Assembly (NCBI GenBank): GCA_905178155.1
Contig: CAJINV010000012.1
Location: 3,059,412-3,123,411 of the forward strand
Direction of reading: 5' to 3'
Source of the DNA: Amoebophrya sp. A120
Lineage: Eukaryota; Protista; Dinoflagellata
Length of the DNA: 64,000 nucleotides
Shown piece by piece: positions 60,901 to 64,000 of this stretch. Below the pieces are notes generated by a model. The model saw only the letters and a program-made list of their open reading frames with translations, made no database searches and was not told the DNA's origin. The first letter of the stretch is position 1, and each line of letters begins with the position of its first letter. The position numbers were made by a program, and so were the translations under genes.

Positions 60901-63900
60901 TTAGATTTCGTGGTGGGCGGGTTCGTGAAGCATTCGGGCGTGTACGATGCGGCGGAAGAGCACGTGCTGCGGAGATTGCTATGAACTGCAAAAATCCCTG
61001 GATGTCTGGAAGAATACAAACTTGTGATGCGCATTTCAGAACACAGAAAAATCTCCAATGCATAGGCAGCAAAAGTTGCCCACTTTCTGTCACCAATCTG
61101 GGGGATTTGTCATGCGGATTCGGCATTGCGAAAGCTTCTCGAAACCTGTGATGCTAGAGCTTCCATGCCAGGCCTTCTGTGTCATGCAGAAACAGCATGA
61201 CTCTTGTTCCAGAGCCAGACATTTTTGCAGTTGATAACTGCTTCGGGAAGACGACTGCGTGATTGAGATCGGATCCAACATTGGCAGCTACACCGTGGTA
61301 ATAGCAGATGAGGTGGGCATAAACGGGCTGGTCTACGCCTACGAACCCTTCCGGAAAATCTTTCACATCTTGAACGCCAATGTAGCTTTGCAGGGATTTG
61401 GCAATGTGGTACAGACTTAGTTTATTTGCTGATTTTCTTTCTTTCTCTTTGTCAACGCCTCGTCGTTGGTTCAGAAGCCTTCTAAGCATCAAGGAGGTGC
61501 ATGCTGTGCAAGGCAGTGGGTACTAGAACAAGCATGGGACGGACGAGTTATGACGCTGCACAGAAGTAGAAGTAGTAGTGGAGCTAGAGCTCGCTCGTAC
61601 AATAAAGTCTGCGTATGTAGTTGACAGCTTTATTATGCTCCACCCTGTTTGACCACTACGCAGGTGACCCGGCAAGTGGGCATGAGCAACGTGACGCAAT
61701 TCGTGCACGTGAATGCCCCGGACCTGAATGACTACATAAATCTCGGTATCCTCTGTAAAAACGTCCCCACCTCCCGAGAGTTGTCATGCAAATCTGCACA
61801 CCTACAACGCTTCTCGTGCGCAGTCCCATGAGAAGCGCTTTCTCATGCTGTTTTGGGATTTGTCATGCTCGAATCAGGATGAGGTAGTCGATTTGTGATG
61901 CGGGGGTTGCGCAACTACCTCAAATAACAGGACTACACTACGAGCCCGAGTTTTCTCATGCGCGACAGCCAAAACTTGTGGATTTGTCTAGCAGGTTCTG
62001 CGTCTTGATTATGGGGTGGAGAAGTTTTTACATAGGATACTCGGCGCGGCTCGGGTGTTCCACCAGCAAAAGGAAGAGGTTATCCCAGAGTGGAAAGCTA
62101 GCATATCAGATTTGTAATGCAAAAACGCATAGTACACACGAAGCCGAAAGCGAAAGCTCATGCTATGCGCGAGACTGTTGAGAATTTGGTCTTTGTCGTG
62201 CATTATTCAACATCCTATTGTTCCGTGCAAATATCAATATGGCATTCTAGCATTTTGCTCTGGGATACAGTTTATCAAATGTAAAAATGTCTGGGTCTGG
62301 AAGAATGAGCGATTTGGCATGCAGCTTTTCCATGACCCATGAGGTCTGGAATGCAGGACCTAGCATGACAGATTCTGTGCGATCTCTCTCATGCCTATCC
62401 TGCATCAGAAACTCCCTCCCGACTTGGTCAAAACTGGAGAGGGTTGAGAAAAAGGACGCGATTAAAAAGGACCAGGCGGAGATAGACAAAAACTATACAG
62501 AAGCAGAGCAGGAGCAACAGAAAAGGAGAAAAATTGAAAAAGAAGCCGAGCAAGTGAGCCACGAGGACGGACGCAGGGACGCGGGAAAAAAGCGAGAGCA
62601 GGAGGCTCCTAAATTCCCCACAGTCGAGCAATTAATGGCGGACGACGCGATACTGGTGCAGGAGGAAGAGAAACAAAGGGAAAGCGAGAGAAGAAAACAG
62701 GAAGAAATGAAGAGGAGGAGGCAAATGCAGCATGAAACCCCTATGCAGAGAGAATTAGCCCAGATGTATAGAGCTCAGGAAAAAGACAACAGTAACAAAA
62801 AATGAACGAAGATAGCACGAAACTTTGACCATTGCGCAAATATATAAGAGATTGATGATTGGAAAGCATAGTAGAGGTAGGAAGTAGCCTCGTACGAGAC
62901 AGAAAAAAGGAGACCTAAAAATGACAAAGAAGAGTTAGACAGGGGCTCAGGGAGACTAAGGCGGATGCGGGGTGTTCTGGCGGGTGCAGAGGGAAGAGCG
63001 AGGGCAAAAAGCAGAAATTTCTGCAAGAGTGAAAGCAGAGGAACAAGATGGTCGCGCGTGAACCCCGATTCGACCCGTCCTTGTTTCGTATCGTCTTCGC
63101 CAGCCGATGGGGCACGGCGCTGCTTCTCCTATCGTCTCCGCCAGTTGAAGGCGCTGCTATCCATAACTAACCAAGAAGAAAGGACAAAGGAACTATATCA
63201 AAGAAGTGGCGCCAGGGTTGCTAATTTAAAGACTGCGCTAAGGCAGCACCCCCCTTCCCCAAGGGGTCCCCCCCGGGGCGGGCGCGGTGGCGGCTCTGCA
63301 AATGCGGAGCTCCGCGGGCCGATTCTCTGAAAACGCATAAAAAAGGGCGCGGGAAGCAGATCGGTAAAAAGTGTCCGAAAGAGGCATGCCGTTGGGTCGT
63401 CCGCCATCGTGATAGGATCACCGTGTCTGATCAATAGACCCCCTGTATATTTTTTAGCGCGCAACCGGCCACAGAAGTAAGATCCGAGCAAGTTTGTAAG
63501 ACTACCCCATCAAGGCAATACTGGAGCTCCACCTTGCTCGCGGGCTTGGATGGTAAGGCAGGTCAGCCACACATAGCGCCTACTGGTTGCGGCCATGCGT
63601 AAGCAATCGATAGCGGTTTCGCAGGTGCAGCCGGGTGGTAGTTAGGATGTGGACCGGGTCTCCACCTAGGGGTATCGGCAGAGGCTAAATCTGTTCTAGC
63701 GCCCAGGTATTGGCAGAGGCTAAATCTGTTCTAACGCCCACCCGCCAGGAGTCGAATGGTACTACCACTACTACTGACTTGGTCAAAACTGGACGACTTT
63801 TGGTAATCATGCAACACAGATCCTTGCTTGTTTCAGATTTGGCACGACAAGTTGCATTCTTCCAGACCCAGTCATTTTTGCATTTGATACAGTTGGCGCA

Positions 63901-64000
63901 CGTCCACTTCGACGGCAAGGAGGAAATTGAAGTCGAGTCTCTGGATAACCCGTGTAAATAAAACGCCCTCACACGACGACACCCCAGATTTGTCATGCAA
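57992..64000 (+). CDS. FkbM-family SAM-dependent methyltransferase with N-terminal extension; continues past the window; 8 introners
   Basis: DDCVIEIGSNIGSYTVVIADEVGINGLVYAYEPFRKIFHILNANVALQGFGNV...APDLNDYINLGA...IEVESLD. Confidence 0.88.
58791..59548 (+). repeat. Tandem array of 8 ~96-102-bp palindromic units (last partial)
   Basis: Unit starts at 58791, 58887, 58986, 59085, 59181, 59283, 59383, 59479. Confidence 0.95.
59678..60030 (+). repeat. Two copies of a (GGGGTGTGTC)n block plus a ~65-bp unit
   Basis: GCAAATTGCAAATCACGATGCTACG...AGAACACACCC duplicated. Confidence 0.8.
60174..60436. mobile_element. Introner family A
   Basis: DR CCTGG. Confidence 0.9.
60480..60829. mobile_element. Introner family H
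   Basis: TIR ..TGTGTCAGG..TTGAAATAA; DR TGGGC. Confidence 0.85.
60980..61236. mobile_element. Introner family A
   Basis: DR ATTGC/ACTGC. Confidence 0.85.
61747..62039. mobile_element. Introner family B
   Basis: DR CTCGG. Confidence 0.9.
62081..62267. mobile_element. Introner, minor family, first of a tandem pair
   Basis: TIR TATCCCAGAG/CTCTGGGATA; DR GAGGT/CAGTT. Confidence 0.8.
62273..63889. mobile_element. Introner family A carrying a nested retroelement
   Basis: DR CAGTT; family A halves at 62273-62438 and 63776-63889. Confidence 0.9.
62439..63775 (+). mobile_element. 5'-truncated non-LTR retrotransposon-like insertion
   Basis: 18-bp TSD GACTTGGTCAAAACTGGA (62421-62438, 63776-63793), (ACT)n 3' tail, decayed E/K/R-rich ORF. 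Confidence 0.75.
63946..64000. mobile_element. Introner family B-like (partial)
   Basis: TAACCCGTGTAAATAAAACGCCC...TTGTCATGC at the window edge. Confidence 0.6.

Noticed and set aside
63500-63540. U2 snRNA-like TATTGC loop on the minus strand
   Set aside because: No U2 branch-pairing GTAGTA 5' region; lies in the retroelement 3' part
8834-63889. Recurrent ORF-track peptides (MSGSGR, PDPDIF, FQTQTF, KNVPTP) as a protein repeat family
   Set aside because: These are translations of introner TIRs, not genes

Overview
Eukaryotic genomic DNA, most likely an alveolate/dinoflagellate such as Amoebophrya (inferred from co-oriented genes and non-canonical TIR introns). About 14 protein-coding genes are present: one minus-strand gene at the left edge, then a plus-strand block. 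That block holds MIC10-like, DUF1294, a divergent cyclophilin, a VPS9 GEF, a hypothetical protein, an EF-hand membrane protein, a Kv channel, two intronless integrase-repeat/PD-(D/E)XK-like paralogs, Dispatched/Patched-like, GGCT-like, a Cys-rich exon and an FkbM methyltransferase. The ORF track is fragmented because I count about 74 MITE-like insertions (two cut by the window edges) from at least 7 TIR families, all inside coding sequence. Typically each runs TA...TA, is flanked by a 5-bp direct repeat (DR), lacks GT-AG ends and occurs in either orientation. Removing the element plus one DR copy restores the reading frame, so they behave as introners. Unrelated families, and many ordinary GT-AG introns, share a repeated motif TTGT[CGA]ATGC / GCAT[GCT]ACAA. 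Also present: back-to-back introners sharing a DR, retroelements nested in introners, a 1.87-kb introner with a ~96-bp hairpin array, a 1.74-kb TIR element lacking the motif, and a GC-rich divergent strand-switch region with 31-bp arrays. Gene models were assembled by eye; exact splice points need RNA-seq.
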